From NCBI GenBank assembly GCA_964247055.1, contig OZ176051.1, positions 11,160,001 through 11,224,000 of the forward strand: a stretch of 64,000 nucleotides of DNA, read 5' to 3'. Below, piece after piece: positions 1 through 13,660 of the stretch. The notes below the pieces were generated by a model. The model did no database searches, was not told the DNA's origin, and saw only the letters and a program-made list of their open reading frames with translations. The position numbers were made by a program, and so were the translations under genes. Origin of the DNA: Paragordius varius. Its lineage: Eukaryota > Animalia > Nematomorpha. Within the stretch, counting starts at the first letter, position 1; each line of letters starts with the position of its first letter.

Positions 1-2112
1 TACTCTCGCACATTGTAAAAGTTAGACGGTACTTACGAGTTTAGTGGGTCAACCAATAATCTGAAGGTGGTGAAGAAGCAACGGAAAAGTAAACGATAAA
101 GGCACCCAGGTAGAAATATAAACTGAAAGGAGAAAGATCCAGAAAGCACAAGATCGGCTCGGATAAGGATATGTTAAATTATTTGACATCTAGTAATATA
201 TTATTTAATAGGTAACCTTAGTTTACACAAATTTATTATTTGATTATAGATATGTTTAACCTTTTATTAAATATCCATTGTATTATACATAATTTTTAAA
301 CAGCAAATGTGATATTATTTATATATATTTAGTTTTTTGTTAACATAAAAAATTCTTGTTCTATAGATTATCTGTACCACAGAAATCCAAGTTTATTTCA
401 TCAGGAGTCGGAACATATTACATGTATTACATAAATCGTAAGTTTACCATTGTTGGGAAAGATCAATAACCTCGGTAAGTGGTGTTACAAATTTTAAATG
501 AACGAAAATTCGAAATCATAAAGTGAGTTGTGAAGGCATGCTCCAATGTCAATGAAGTAAATCATTTTATTTAATGGTAAGTGAAGGTTTTATCTTATTC
601 TTAAGCGTTAGAAATCGTTTTTTAATTTTGTCAAGCCGGTCCATCAATAGCAAGACCAAATCTCTTTGACAAGAAATTATGTCTAGTGAAATCATAGCGA
701 TGGTCTATTAATATGAACTTTTAAATCCAATGGTTATAAAACGTTCTCGCTAACAAATGATTTATCTAAAGCATATAACTATTGAAAAACGACCATAATA
801 AACCAAAATACTGGTTTTTACTCGGTATTTGCCTCTTCTACAGCAACAGTAAAAAAGCTTGAAACAACTTTAATAGGAAATTCTTTTGCATCCGTTGAAC
901 TCTTCCGACTTGGCGCCATGTGACTAATACATCTTCGCATGCAGAGGGTACATCCTCGCAGAGGAATCCTTCAATAACTTTGATAACATTGGAAAACAGC
1001 TTGTATAATGGTTCGCAAAAGACAATTAGTTTTACGGAAGTTTGATATATTACCCGAGATGAGAGAAATGTGTGGCCAATATTTTAAATATAATAAATAA
1101 TTGTTTCTCTATAAAATTACATTTATTAGAAAAAAACGGAAACAACGCTTTATAAAAAATTTGACTAAACAACTTAAATTAATATAAATTCTAAGATTTA
1201 GTCAATAAAATATTTTAAAATTATTAATTTAATTAAAAACAAGTATTGAGTTTAAATAAAAAATGTATGATTGGAATAATGTTTGAAAAATTGGTTCAAT
1301 TTTTATGCTATTTACCGATATCATTTTTCATTTTGCTCTTTAAATATATAGTTGTGAAAAACGCTTCAGTTTAATTTTTCGCATTATCCAAGCTTGGGAT
1401 TGTTTTAACCAAAAATATTAAAGGTTTTATCAGTGACTAAAATAATTACAATTTAATCCGGTTTTAGTGATATATTTGAAAGTAAAATATTTAATATATT
1501 ATCATCAATACCCTTTCAACACTTAATTTAAGAATGTATAATAGGCATGTACCCGAGTTTGGAGAGCGCAAGCCAAATAACAGATAATGGTAAAATATAA
1601 ATGTAAACCTTTGATTTATCAGTGTTCAAGCTATTAATATCCAAATATATACAGAGGCTTTTATTCTATATTTAATTAAAAAACTTTTAAATTATTTACA
1701 AAAAAAGCGAGGGTTTTATAATTTATAGGATTAAAAATATCACTAAGGCGGGTGGCATTGCAATTAAGACATTAGGTTTGGACACTAAGCATGTCCAAGT
1801 GTGAATCCCAAAACTTTGTAATTTTTCTGTTGCAGTCAGGACCAGAAAGGCGGGTCTTTAATACATTATAAGTCATATTTATTTGTTTCAAAGAGACACC
1901 AGCTGTCCGTAAAATAAACGAAGGACGAAATCAATTTTTCCAGGTCCTACCACATTTAAACGCCTAATATGTATAATATTGCCAATTTATTTGCATTATC
2001 TCTCATTATATCACTTTCAATTCCACTCAAACGCTCGCAAGTGTTATCATTTTAAATTAAATAATTAGATCAAAATTTGCTACAAACTCACTCTAAACAT
2101 TAATAGTATATG

Positions 2113-2800
2113 CCATTTGCACTTTAAGAGTGTCCTTGAACACTTCAAGTTGGTCCTTGAACAGTTCAAGTTGGTCCTTAAACAGTTCAAGTTGGTCCTT
2201 GAACATTTCAAGTTGGTCCTTGAAAACTTCAAGTTGGTCCTTTGACTTTTTTGTTTTGTTTTTAACTTTCATCAATCAAATCGTAAATAATTCATCTATT
2301 TTATTGTTTTTAACCTATTTTCTATTATTTAACATAATTTTTGTATCGATATCAACTTTTAATCTTTGAGAAACCGTATATTTTTATTAATTTCTTAAAA
2401 TAATTTTGGATATTTATAAGATCTTAACACGAAATGAAAAAATATATAAGTTTTCTGGGATATTAATTAAAATTTTATATTAAAAACATATCTCATTAAT
2501 TTTGTTTAATTAAAAAAAATAGTTTGAAACAAAAAAGTGGTTTTTCATCAAAATTTTTTATTTTTAAATGAATAAATATATAATAAATATAGAAATTATG
2601 TTAATAAAATAAAAAATAAATGCAAAAATTATGGTTAAATCAAAATATATAAATTTTAAGGAACTTGAAGTGTTCAAGGACCAACTTGAAATGTTCAAGG
2701 ACCAGCTTGAACTGTTCAAGGACAAAAGTGTTCAAGGACCAACTTAAATTGTTCAAGGACCAACTTGAAGTGTTCAAGGACACTCTTGAAGTGTAAATGG
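2113..2800. mobile_element. Non-autonomous TIR element (MITE/foldback), CCATTTRCAC family, with 21-bp subterminal tandem repeats
   Basis: Left end CCATTTGCACTTTAAGAGTGTCCTTGAACAC is the reverse complement of right end GTGTTCAAGGACACTCTTGAAGTGTAAATGG; arrays of TTCAAGTTGGTCCTTGAACA in inverted orientation at both ends; TA follows the right end (TG at left). Confidence 0.8.
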
Positions 2801-4008
2801 TATATCATTTTTTAAGAAAAGATAATTTTGCAGTAAATCAAACATCTTTCCCAATCATATAAAGCGTTTTCCTAGTCAATTGAAATGTTTTTCCATTCAA
2901 TAAAATCATTTTAACATTCAATAAAAAACGGTTTGTTTTTGATGATAAATATCTAAACAAGATAAAAAAATATACTTATTCATTGTAAGCAAATTATTTA
3001 TTCCAATTCTTCATAAATTTTATATTGCAAAATCATTGAATAATTCATTATTATAAAATTTTTTTATTTAATTCATTTGCTACTCGAATATAATCATATT
3101 CATCATATTCTTTAACATGTCAAATTTTCCTAAATTTAGACTCTGAGCTAAATTTATAGTAGAAATTAATACTTGTTTTTATAATGGTTGACCATTATTT
3201 AGCTCTAATATCCTTATAAAAATTAGATATATATTTTAAATGTCCTGTTTTATCAAATGTTTAAATTAGAGTTTTATATAAATAGGTCACTTAAAAAAAG
3301 GAATTATCATAGTTGTTTAACACAAAAAATGATAAACTATGGAAAAACAAATATTAGTTTCAGTGTTTAATTCATAGTCTAATAAATTATAAAGTGAATT
3401 GATTTGAAGGGTAATTCCACATGTTTATAAATGTATGAAATGGTATGATTAAATTTGAAGTGTAATTGGATTACACATAAAAAAGCAAAATTTTGATAAA
3501 TTAAGTCATTTAATTATTGTGCAATCCTGGTTTTAATAATGAAAAAAATGCAAAAAATATGCTTATTAATGTGTTTACATTATCTGATATTTATCATAAA
3601 ATATTAAGCCATTTTTAATAAATGGAAAAATGTTTCGATTAACTGGACGTTGCGATTGACTAGGAAAACGTATCGACCGACTGAGAAAAAATATTTGGAT
3701 GATCTGTGAAATTGTTTCGATTTGGAAACTCGTCAATCGACTAGGAAAAGTATTTTATTCAAACTGGGAGATGGTTGAAATTCGAGCTATTTTATATCGT
3801 TATATATTTTATTATAATATTTTCAGTGTTCATTTTGGAAAACAGCCAATAAAAATTAGGTGCCTGCTGAAAGTTTGTCTTTTAGTCCATTCATAATCAT
3901 TCTCGTTAAACATGAACTCGTTTCACACATTATAAAAATTAATCCAGTCTACATTTATTTAAGTGCAATTAGCTCAGGACAAGGACTAATCTTTTAGACA
4001 TAACATAA

Positions 4009-4012
<4 letters not shown>

Positions 4013-4040
<28 letters not shown>
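4013..4040. repeat. (TA)n microsatellite
   Basis: Direct reading of the sequence. Confidence 0.9.
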
Positions 4041-4371
4041 TTCATAGTAGTTAACAAGGTCCCAAAAATGCATTAAATTTTTACATGCTTGAATTTTAAA
4101 TTGGTTATATTGCAAAATAATTGTTCAATACTATGAAAATTACGAAGGACATGCAAATTAACAAGACCTTTAAACGGGAAATTAATTAAGCAGTATTGGT
4201 TTATAAAGTGTATTAATTGTGTGTTCACTTTGGACACTAAAGTATAAATATTGTAGCATTTCGGATTTAATTCATTTATTTTGTTATCCATTTTTTATTC
4301 TTACACAAGTTATGTGGGCATTACTAAGTGTAAGTATAATATATTCGTAATCCATTATAGTCTATTTATAG

Positions 4372-4514
4372 AAGATCCATTATAGCATGGGATCAAGCCC
4401 TGAAAGGCGTCCCAGCTATAAAGTTATATGGAGCTATTTCTCCGGATAGCCCCGATTCAATATTGTCCACAGGAGCTACCATACCGGCGGAATTTAGAAA
4501 CGCATTCCTTGAAG
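4372..4514 (+). CDS. Probable coding exon of an unidentified gene
   Basis: GC-richer island bounded by TTTATAG acceptor and GAAG|GTAATT donor; open frame RSIIAWDQALKGVPAIKLYGAISPDSPDSILSTGATIPAEFRNAFLE. Family not recognised. Confidence 0.4.
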
Positions 4515-4910
4515 GTAATTATATACAGTATGCATTTTAATGGTTTCTTATTTCACACTATGGTTGGGCACTTTGCAGCAGAGGAGTGTATGGGAAAAAC
4601 AACAAAATGTTGAATAAACAATTCATTTCTTTTTTCCGTACATTACTAAGTTCAAATGCCCTACTATAGTGTAAAACAAGCAACTATTAAAAAGTATACT
4701 GTATTCAAGACTGGATAATTAAACAACACATTTAAATAATATATGGAAAAAACACAATAACATGATTTGTTTATGGCTAAAAAACAATAAATCATTTCTA
4801 AGGTTATAACAATGGTCGTTACGGTGCTCTAAACACTAATTTGCATTTTTAACAGATTCTATTTTTCAATATTATTTATTTTTGGGAATCTACTACCTTG
4901 TTTACATACA

Positions 4911-6103
4911 TACACTGGCAAAAAAAAATTTAACGAAAAAATTATTTTCGTGAAATAGCTTATGACCAGCGTATTCATTTGCCGCAAAAATTTTTATTTG
5001 TTGACAGCTTAGTTTTTGAAATATTGAGAGAAAATCGAAATCGGGCAAAAAGTGAAAATTAAGGATAATTATGGAGAATCCAAAAAATAATGGTAAAATC
5101 TGAAATTTCATCGTTTATCATTTTAGGAGATATTTTCAATATATAAATAGCCTAAAATCATACACTTAGGGTTTCTATAAAATTTCAGGGAAAAAGATGG
5201 CGTTTTTTTTAACTTAAAAGACAAAACAAATAATGAAAATATATTAACATAATTTTTAATTACTAGGTAAACTCATTAACATTCATATTTTATTCAGGAA
5301 AATAAACTTCTATATCAAAATAAATCCAAAAATATTGTTTTTATTTTTGTTTTGAGTGTATAAAAAAATTTATTCTGTTTTATTTTGGATTCTCACATGA
5401 TTAGGAATTATTAAGTATATAATTATTATGCACAATAGAAAATTAGTGAAATATCAACCAACAATCCGTACAAATCCCAATATTGTCATAAAACAGACTT
5501 GTTACAGGAAATTGTAAGGATTGTTGATTGATATTCCACTACTTTTAAAACCTATTTTGCATAAATTATATACTTATTAATGCCTAATAATGTAAGAATC
5601 CAAAATAAAACAGTATAAATTTTTTATACACTCAACCAGATGACAAAAAATGCAAAAATAAAAAAAACAATATTTTTTGGTATTATTTTGATTTAGAAGT
5701 TTATTTTACTGAATAAAATATGAATGTGAAGATTTTAATAGTGAGTTTAGGTAATAAATAATTAAAAAAATAATTTTAATATAGTTTCATTAAATTTTTT
5801 TTGTCTTTTAAGTGTGGTAAAAGAAAAACGCCTGAAATTTTTTAGAAACCCTAACTATATGATTTTAGGCTATTTATATATTGAAAATATCTCTTAATAT
5901 GATAATAAACCATAATATTTTATATTATTATTTTTTGAATTATCCTTAATTTTCACTTTTTGGCATTCGATTTTCTCTCAATATTTCAAAAACTAGGTTG
6001 TCAATAAATAAAAATTTTTGCGGCAAATGAATACGCTGGTCATAAGCTATCTCATGAAAAAAAATTTTTTCGTTAAATCAAAATGACCCTCTTTTTTGCA
6101 CAC
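4911..6103. mobile_element. ~1.2 kb foldback (giant imperfect palindrome)
   Basis: Arms are reverse complements over almost their whole length, e.g. 4955 GAAATAGCTTATGACCAGCGTATTCATTTGCCGCAAAAATTTTTATTT vs 6007 AAATAAAAATTTTTGCGGCAAATGAATACGCTGGTCATAAGCTATCTC; symmetry centre near 5495; exact termini unclear. Confidence 0.75.
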
Positions 6104-7017
6104 ATTTATATGTTTAAAATATTTTATAAACAATTTCTATCGATACAGCTTAGTATGTTTTTATGATAATCACCTCTTGGAAAAATCTAGGAATCTCAGG
6201 GTGTGTTTGAATTTGGATCAATGAGTTATATAAGATAGTATATTTGCAGCATCATATTAAAAGTGCACATTATATCAAATCGAATAATTATATTATGAAA
6301 ATTTTTAAACCATAATATTTAGTTATATATATATATATATATCATGAAATTAGCTAACAAGCATTTATATATTTAAAGTTAATATTATTTATATACAATT
6401 CCAACCGTATTTTCCGACTTTTATTAAATAAGCTTGTTATCCAAAAATTAACTCAAAAAAGCAGATTTTTGTCGTCATAATTCTTACCGCAAAATCTCAA
6501 TTCTACGTTTAAATTAATAACTAACCCATTTTAAGGAGTTTAAAAATAAATTTTTTAACAATTTTCCTTTTTAATTATATTGTATTATAAATTTGAAAAT
6601 AATTGATATAATGATGACTTTTATTTCTTGACTAATGTGCGCTAATGTTAATTTGATATGGAGAGATTACCACAAATGCAAACTACTTTCTTTCTTAAAT
6701 TGCTCAAAAGCCGCAAAACCAACACAACCATTAAAATCCTGATTCGTATTTTTATCAGATCTTATATATTTCATCGGGATACTTAGGTGTATATTTAATC
6801 ACTACATAAATTATATTATTTTGAAAGGAATTAGGATAGAGCTGTAATTGATTTTTATACTTTTACGAGCATAACTCAGTGTTGCCTAATGGAACATGAT
6901 CGAATAAGATGCGCCCTTTCGTTCTGCATTGTTTTTGTTAGGGGTTCTCCGTGAGTTTGATACGTTTAATTTAAATTTGAAAGTTACCACATTTAATAAG
7001 ATCCAAATTTTTATGCA

Positions 7018-7251
7018 TTGCATGCTAGATGTGAAAAAAATTACCCAAGCCTTGTTGGCAGTAAGGTTAGAGTGGATGGAAAAAGCTACACAATCTCAAG
7101 TGTTAAAAATGGGATAGCCATTGGAAATGGGGTTCTTATAGGCAAGTCAAATTCAATTTACTTGTTTGTTGTTTGTGACGTGGCAAGCATTGATGATGTA
7201 TTCAAACTTGTTGAAACAACCCTTACAAGAATGACGGACGTCCAAAAATAA
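7018..7251 (+). CDS. Probable terminal coding exon, unidentified protein (weak resemblance to the C-terminal part of profilins)
   Basis: Open frame CEKNYPSLVGSKVRVDGKSYTISSVKNGIAIGNGVLIGKSNSIYLFVVCDVASIDDVFKLVETTLTRMTDVQK* with higher GC and a CTAG acceptor at 7026-7029; profilin resemblance is by eye only. Confidence 0.35.
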   Translation: MHARCEKNYPSLVGSKVRVDGKSYTISSVKNGIAIGNGVLIGKSNSIYLFVVCDVASIDDVFKLVETTLTRMTDVQK

Positions 7252-8509
7252 TAACTTAATTACAATATTTTACACCGACTAAATTATTTATTTATTTATT
7301 CACCCGTTTACTGTTGTTTATCATAGCTTTCATCAAAATTATTACACTAAATTCAAAATGATATTTGCAATTTTTTTTCAAAAATATTTTCAAACAGATA
7401 CATTTTTTAATAAATTAACCGTAATGCAACTTTGGAATTAGTAATTTAGAATTACATTTGATTCAGCATAATAAATTAAAATTATAATATTATATTTATG
7501 AATCTAAATATTGATATATTTTCCCTAAGATAAACATAATCCCCAAATAAAAAAAATTTATCCCTAACAAGAATATCACTCTAAAACATTTACCTTTCAG
7601 TCGTATTCTTTGAAATTCGATCCAATTTTTTTTCCAGGATCAGCCACTAATAGCAAAATCGAATGGCCCAATTTTCAATACTTATTAAATTAAAATAATA
7701 AATAGTATACATAAAATGTTACAATCTATATGGTATCCGAATTTCGGAGTAATTTGAAAAAACATAATTGGGAGAAATATCATCTAAATTTTTATGTTTC
7801 TTTAGCATTTTTACAAACGCTAAATAACGGTTATATTTGTGAATGAAATATCCTGGGATATCAGGCTTCAAAATTAAACCTTCTGGAGAAAAATGTTTAA
7901 AATTTTATTATCATTAGCATATGTACATTTTCGGAAACTTAAATTAAGAAATGTTTCCGAATTCGGGGGTCAAACTCTATATAAGATACATAGCCAACTT
8001 ATTCGACAAAATGTGGACAACGGTATTTATGCTATCCTTTTCAAAGCATGATTCATTATATTTTAATATCAGGTAAAATATAAAACTCAATAAGCTTAAA
8101 ATTTAAAGTCAAAATTCAATATTTAATGATATTAAAAATATCGGGATGAATGTGAGAATAGTTATGGCTGTAAGTTTTTCCATGTTTTGAATCTCGAACT
8201 GTCTAATCCTTTTACTCATCGTGTTTTTTAACAAAGTTCTTTTAAGCGTGGAGAATGGAGAAAAACCTGGCAAGCATAATTAACCAAAAATATGTGAAAG
8301 AATCGGAAATGTTATATATAAACTTAAATATTATCATAATAGATTATTTAGACCGAAATATTGATAGGAGACATATTATTTGATTGTTGGATTTATAATA
8401 GGTTGAATTGTTAAAATATTTTTGAATTAATGGTTAAATTGTGCGAAATACAAAAATATTATCGGGTGATTTAATTTGATTATATCAAAAATTATTTGAT
8501 TTTTGGAAG

Positions 8510-8990
8510 GATGTGGCTGATTGTTGGAAACATAATAATATTGTTGTATTATATATAATTTGATTGTTGCAAAAACTATTTGATTGTTGGAAATATATTG
8601 CTGATTGTTGAAAACATGTAATTATTGGGGGAAACTATTATGATTGTTGGAAATATATTGTTGATTGTTAGAAACATTAATCATTGGGTGATATACCATT
8701 TACAGTTCAAATTCACCCTTAAACAATTCAAATTCACCCTTGAACAAATTCCTCGAACAATTCAAATACACCCTAAAATAAATTATGTTTTTAGGATTAA
8801 AAATACGTATATTTTTTATATTTTAAAAAAGAAATTACGTTTAAAATTAGGCCGAATACACATAATTTATTTTTAGGGTGAAATTGAATTGTTCAAGGGT
8901 GAATTTGATTGTAAATGGTATATTTGATTGTTGTAAAAATTATTTAATAGTTGGAAATATATGGGTGATTATTGGATATAATGAAGATAT
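8510..8990. repeat. Degenerate minisatellite (TGATTGTTGGAAA core), interrupted by a MITE
   Basis: About ten imperfect copies of TGATTGTTG(G/A)AAA on both sides of the 8696-8918 insertion. Confidence 0.65.
8696..8918. mobile_element. MITE, CCATTTACAC family, TA target-site duplication
   Basis: TA|CCATTTACAG...TTGTAAATGG|TA; inverted 21-bp subterminal repeats TTCAAATTCACCCTTGAACAA. Confidence 0.8.
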
Positions 8991-9589
8991 ATATTTGGCA
9001 CAAATATTTCGATAAAAATTTAAATTATAGACGTGACGAATGGTTTTTAATTTTTTCTTAAATCTATAGTTCTTATTAAGTAAACGCTAATATGCCGAGT
9101 TTGGGCATTATTTTAAATATACTCTAAATTACGCATCAAAACAATTTTTTTCAAATAATTATATATTTATAAAAATGGAAAATGCTGGCTTTGTGATCTG
9201 TTTCCGGAAAACCGGTAGACCCAAACAAATCCAAATATCGAAAAAATATAATCATTAATGAATGCCCCGACAAAAATTTCGCCATTTTTTTGAAAAAGGC
9301 CCCCAGTTCGGGCCCACCCCTTGTAAAGAACGGTTTTTTTAAAAGAGAAATCCACAAAAATCCTGTTTTGAGACAATTTTCGCGAAAACGTGTAGGACCA
9401 ATCGATTTTAAAATATGATTTTTTTTACTTATTTTTGATTGCGACGAAGATAGGCGGCTCGCTTTTTTATTTTAGGCCATCTTTTTACCCGCTCCTCCCG
9501 TAAAATCCCATTTTTTCAAAAAAAACCAAGTCCACAAAAATAATTTTTTAAATCTATATTTCGCCCAAGGTATGAGACCGTAAAAATTC

Positions 9590-12330
9590 AATAAGTATTC
9601 CAGGTATTCCCCAAAAATTTTAGTCAAGCGTTTCTTTGATGATAGCTGGGTAAGGATATACCCGCTAAAAACTGACCCGTCATATCGAAATAGCGTGCTT
9701 TTGGGACTAAATTTCAAAAAACCTCTCATGCCATATGAGTTTAATAACTACTTAAAATATTACCCGTAACAAGGCAAAAATTTGGATCGTGCGGTTTTTT
9801 AAAATTAGCCGTTAATTAGGCCCTTCACGCCCTGAAAAATGCGCCACCATAGAATAATTTTTCCATTTTGAGGCAATTTTGCCGAAATCTAATGAGAGCA
9901 TATGGAATCAATCATGTTTCCAGATATTTTCCGTAAATAGGCAAAAATTCTAATCAAGCGATTTTTTTAATCAGTCTTTGGGTAGGGAGCTACCCGCCTA
10001 CAACTGAGCCACCATATCAAAATTTCGTTTAGGAGTTAATTTTCAGAAAACTTATCAGGCCTTATAAGTTTAATGAGGGCCTAATATATTACCCAAAATA
10101 ACACAAAAATTCAAGTCGAGAGGTTTTTTATATTAGCCGTTATTAGGCCCTTTACGCCTTAAAAATGCGCTATCATTGGGCTATTATTTAGTTTTGAAGT
10201 CATTCTTCCAAAAACTACATGTATTCCCCTATAAAGATCGAAAGTTTTTTTTACATTGGCCTTGGATAGGGGGATACCCGCCAACAACTGCGCCACCATA
10301 TTGATACAGGGTGACTTTGGAGGCAAATTTTAGAAAACTTATTAGGCTATATGAGTTCAATAAGGGCTTGAAATAATACTCGTAAAAAGGAAAAAATTTA
10401 AGTCGAACGGTTTTTTTAATTAGCGATTAAATGAACCCTTTATGCCCTAAAAAGGCGCTATCATTGAACTATTATTTAGTTTTTAAGCCATTTTTCCATA
10501 AACTATTAGGAGCATAAAGAATGAATATGATTCCATGTATTCCCATATAAAGGCAAAAAATATTATCGAACGTCTTTTTTGTATTGGCCTCTATGTAGGG
10601 AGCTACCCGCCTAAAACTGCGCCACCATGTCAAAATTGCGTTGTTTAGAAGTTAATATTCAGAAACCAGGCCATATAAGTTTTATAAGGGCCTGAAATCC
10701 ATAAAAAGGCAAAAATTTAAGTTGAGCGGATTTTTTAAATTAGCTGTTAATTAGGCTCTGGGTAAGGGGCTACCCGCGTAAAAATGCGCGACTATATCGG
10801 TACAGCATGTCTTTGGAGCCAAATTTCAGAAAACTTATGAGACTATGTGGGTTCAATAAGGGCCTAAAATATACTACCCCTTAAAAAACAAATATATTAT
10901 TATAAAAGGTTATTTCAATGAGTCGCTAAGAAAAGCTTTACGCCCTGAAAAATTCGCCGCCATAGAACAATTTTTTGGTTTTGAAGCAATATTTCCAAGA
11001 ACTTATAGGAACATATGGACATTATAATTTCAGATATTTCCCATATAAAGACAAAAATTTTGCCCGACGCTTTTTTATATCTGCCTCTGGTAAGAAGCTA
11101 CCCCCCAAAAACTGTACCACTATATAGAAATTGCGTTTTTTTGGAACTAATTTAAAACTTATGCCATATGAGCTCATTTATAGTTCGAAATATTACCCGT
11201 AACTAGGTAAAAATTAAGGTCGGGTTTTTTTATTAGCCGTTAATTTGGGGCCTTTATGCCCTGAAAATGCGCCATCATATAACGATAATTTAGCAGGGCT
11301 TGGAACCGGTTCAAAAAAGTGGAACCGGAAACGGGGTGGTTCCTGAACAACTGAAACTAGAACCACGTTGGTTTATTAAAAATTAAGCGGTTTCGGACCA
11401 GTTCTTTACATTTAATACCGGTTCTATTATTGGTTCCTGACTTTTGTATGAATGATTTTCTTACAAAATTTTATAGTAATGCAACCAAAATATACAATTG
11501 CAAATCAAATTTATATATTGCCAAATGTATAGTGAAATAAATATAGTGTAGCATAATAAATGAAACAAATTATAAAAATATAATAGAAAAATGTATAAGT
11601 ACAAAATTTATGAGTGTTAAATTAGGTATGGCATCTAAATAATTATTAAACTTTAAAATTTTTTTGCACCAAGCAATTTGCTGGTCAAACTGCTTCTCAG
11701 GTCTGAAAATAAATTAAGGGTTTAAAAACTCCTTTCAACGGAGACCAATATATATTAACATGGGTATATAAATAAACTTGAGTTATGACTATTAGTTTTT
11801 TAAAAAACAGCCGAATCGCCCAAAATTCAGAGAGTATCGCTAATAAAATATTAGGCGCTTAGTTTTAGGTTTGTATTTAATATGTAATGGTACAATCAAA
11901 TTTAAATAATAAAATAAAATTTTAATAATAAAAATCATATGGAAACCAGTAATTAAGGGGATGGAACCGGAACCGCGTTGATTCCATCCCAATGGAACCG
12001 GTTCTCCAGGGAATCGGGTTCCGGTTCCAAGCTCTGTTATTTAGTGTTGAGGTATTTTTTCGAAAAACCCATGAGACGATGATCTCAAAGATGATTCCAA
12101 ATATTCCTATAAAGGCAAAAAATTTAAGTTAGCGCTTTTTCCATATAGGCTTAGGGTGGGCTCCCGGTTTAAAACTGACACGCCATACAAAAATGGTGTG
12201 GCTTTGGAGCTGATTTTCAAAAAACTTAAGAAGCCATACGAGTTCATTAAAGGCTCTAAATATTACCTATAAAAGGTAAAAATTATCTCATAGCCGTTTT
12301 TTCCGTTAGCCGTCAATTTGGGGCCTTTAC
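9590..12330. repeat. Satellite-like array of alternating ~160-170 bp A/B monomers (higher-order ~330 bp unit)
   Basis: A monomers (ATTAGCCGTTAATTAGGCCC...ACGCCCTGAAAAATGCGCCA) start near 9759, 10088, 10376, 10877, 11192, 12260; B monomers (GGTAGGGAGCTACCCGCC...AACTGCGCCACCAT) near 9926, 10223, 10540, 11036, 12103; both share TATT.CCC.TAAAAGGCAAAAATT heads. Confidence 0.75.
11294..12036. mobile_element. Non-autonomous hAT element inserted in the satellite
   Basis: TIRs CAGGGCTTGGAACCGG / CCGGTTCCAAGCTCTG; 8-bp TSD TAATTTAG / TTATTTAG (7/8); GGAACCGG subterminal motifs; the satellite resumes on both sides. Confidence 0.85.
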
Positions 12331-12699
12331 ACCAGTAAACAATATATTTGTATGAATGCACCGTTTTGAAAATCCTATTAGATTATAGCTTTATAATAAT
12401 GCTTCAAAATAATCCACATATATGGATCATTTTATTGTCCCTTTTTTCAAATAGCCCCCCCCTCCTCCCCCCCAGAATCCGATGGACTTCCTCGGGCTGA
12501 GTAGCAGCATGAGATTTACGCTAGTTATACTGTAAAAGCATAATTAATGATTTTTTAGGGTTAGATAAGAACAGTATAAATACTATTTAAGATATTTTCT
12601 TTTTGAACTTGATTCTAAGTATTTATTTTACCTTAAAATTGTGATTTACAGATTTGTTGTTTTATAATACACATTTTGTGACTAATTGTAAATAAAGTT

Positions 12700-12706
12700 A
12701 TATATA

Positions 12707-12763
<57 letters not shown>
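12700..12763. repeat. (TA)n microsatellite
   Basis: Direct reading of the sequence. Confidence 0.9.
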
Positions 12764-12775
12764 GATGATTATATA

Positions 12776-13270
12776 CACATGTCCACACAAAAATATCTAT
12801 ATGAAATATATGTTTTGATAGGAAAATATATCAGATTATCATGTCTTGGCTCTTATGAAGGGTTTAAAAAAGTTATTTACACTTTAGTGGTTACCTATAT
12901 CAGAAAATGGCAGCACATTTTGTTAAAGAGAAATTTGGTGAAAGCCAAATTTCGATGATGCTGAACATTCTATCACCTCAGAATTTTAATTAATACCGGA
13001 TCTATAAACTGTGATTCAAGAACTATTAAATTAAAATTCTGAAGCTATGGTAATGTTTAGCATCATTAAATTATATAGAAAAAGTGTTTGTTTTTATAAT
13101 ATTTTTACGTGTTTTTATACTGTTTTTACCATGCCTAATGTTTTTGACTTAAAATATTTTTATTATGTCACTAAAAACGTTAACAAGTGCCTACATAAAA
13201 TACAAATAATAAGCCGAATAAAATACGCTTTCTTTCGTCTTTTAGGGACATTATACAATTTTCATGATGT
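12776..13270. mobile_element. Decayed member of the CAGTGTCCACAAAAA foldback family
   Basis: Start resembles 29551 (GTCCACACAAAAATATC); contains the same internal hairpin (GATGATGCTGAACATT ... AATGTTTAGCATCATT) as 30083-30205; right end not defined. Confidence 0.55.
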
Positions 13271-13660
13271 CATTGTACAGTAATCTTCCTAAACTTTTTA
13301 CCGCCATTTTTTAATCTTTAAATTTTTACAAATCCTTAACAACAGTATGAATATATATTATGGTTAATATAATATTAAAAAGCTTCCAGGCTACATTTTA
13401 CGAGCAAAAACTTGATGTTTAATTTTTATATCAGCTGTTCGTTCCAATCGTGTTTTAAAACTGTAATATATTCTAGTAGTCACAAAAACTGTAAAATATA
13501 GCTTTTTATCTAATACATGAGAAAGTTTGATAATTAAATTTTTACAAAGTTTTAAAATTGTTGTTATTAACAAGATCGATCTTGGGATATACATGAAGTG
13601 ATAAAAATATCTTCTAGCAAGTCCATTTTTTTGAAAATAATTTTTTGGATATTAAATAAC

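Noticed and set aside
1-2000. Exon-like GC-richer patches (30-190, 365-480, 800-1080, 1730-1970)
   Set aside because: Several frames and both strands are plausible; no consistent splice path or family motif could be established.
2093-2369. ORFs with perfect heptad repeats (KDQLELF / SSWSLN)
   Set aside because: Translation artefact of the 21-bp MITE subterminal repeats; open on both strands, no upstream context.
2130-2790. Regularly spaced repeats suggestive of a CRISPR array
   Set aside because: Repeats are contiguous with no unique spacers, no cas genes, eukaryotic context.
7590-8300. Short open frames on both strands with possible splice sites
   Set aside because: No homology recognised and mutually incompatible models.
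9151-9729. ORFs in satellite-flanking DNA, and similar 60-85 aa F/I/K/L-rich ORFs across the window
   Set aside because: Composition matches random AT-rich or repeat DNA; no motifs or consistent splice signals.
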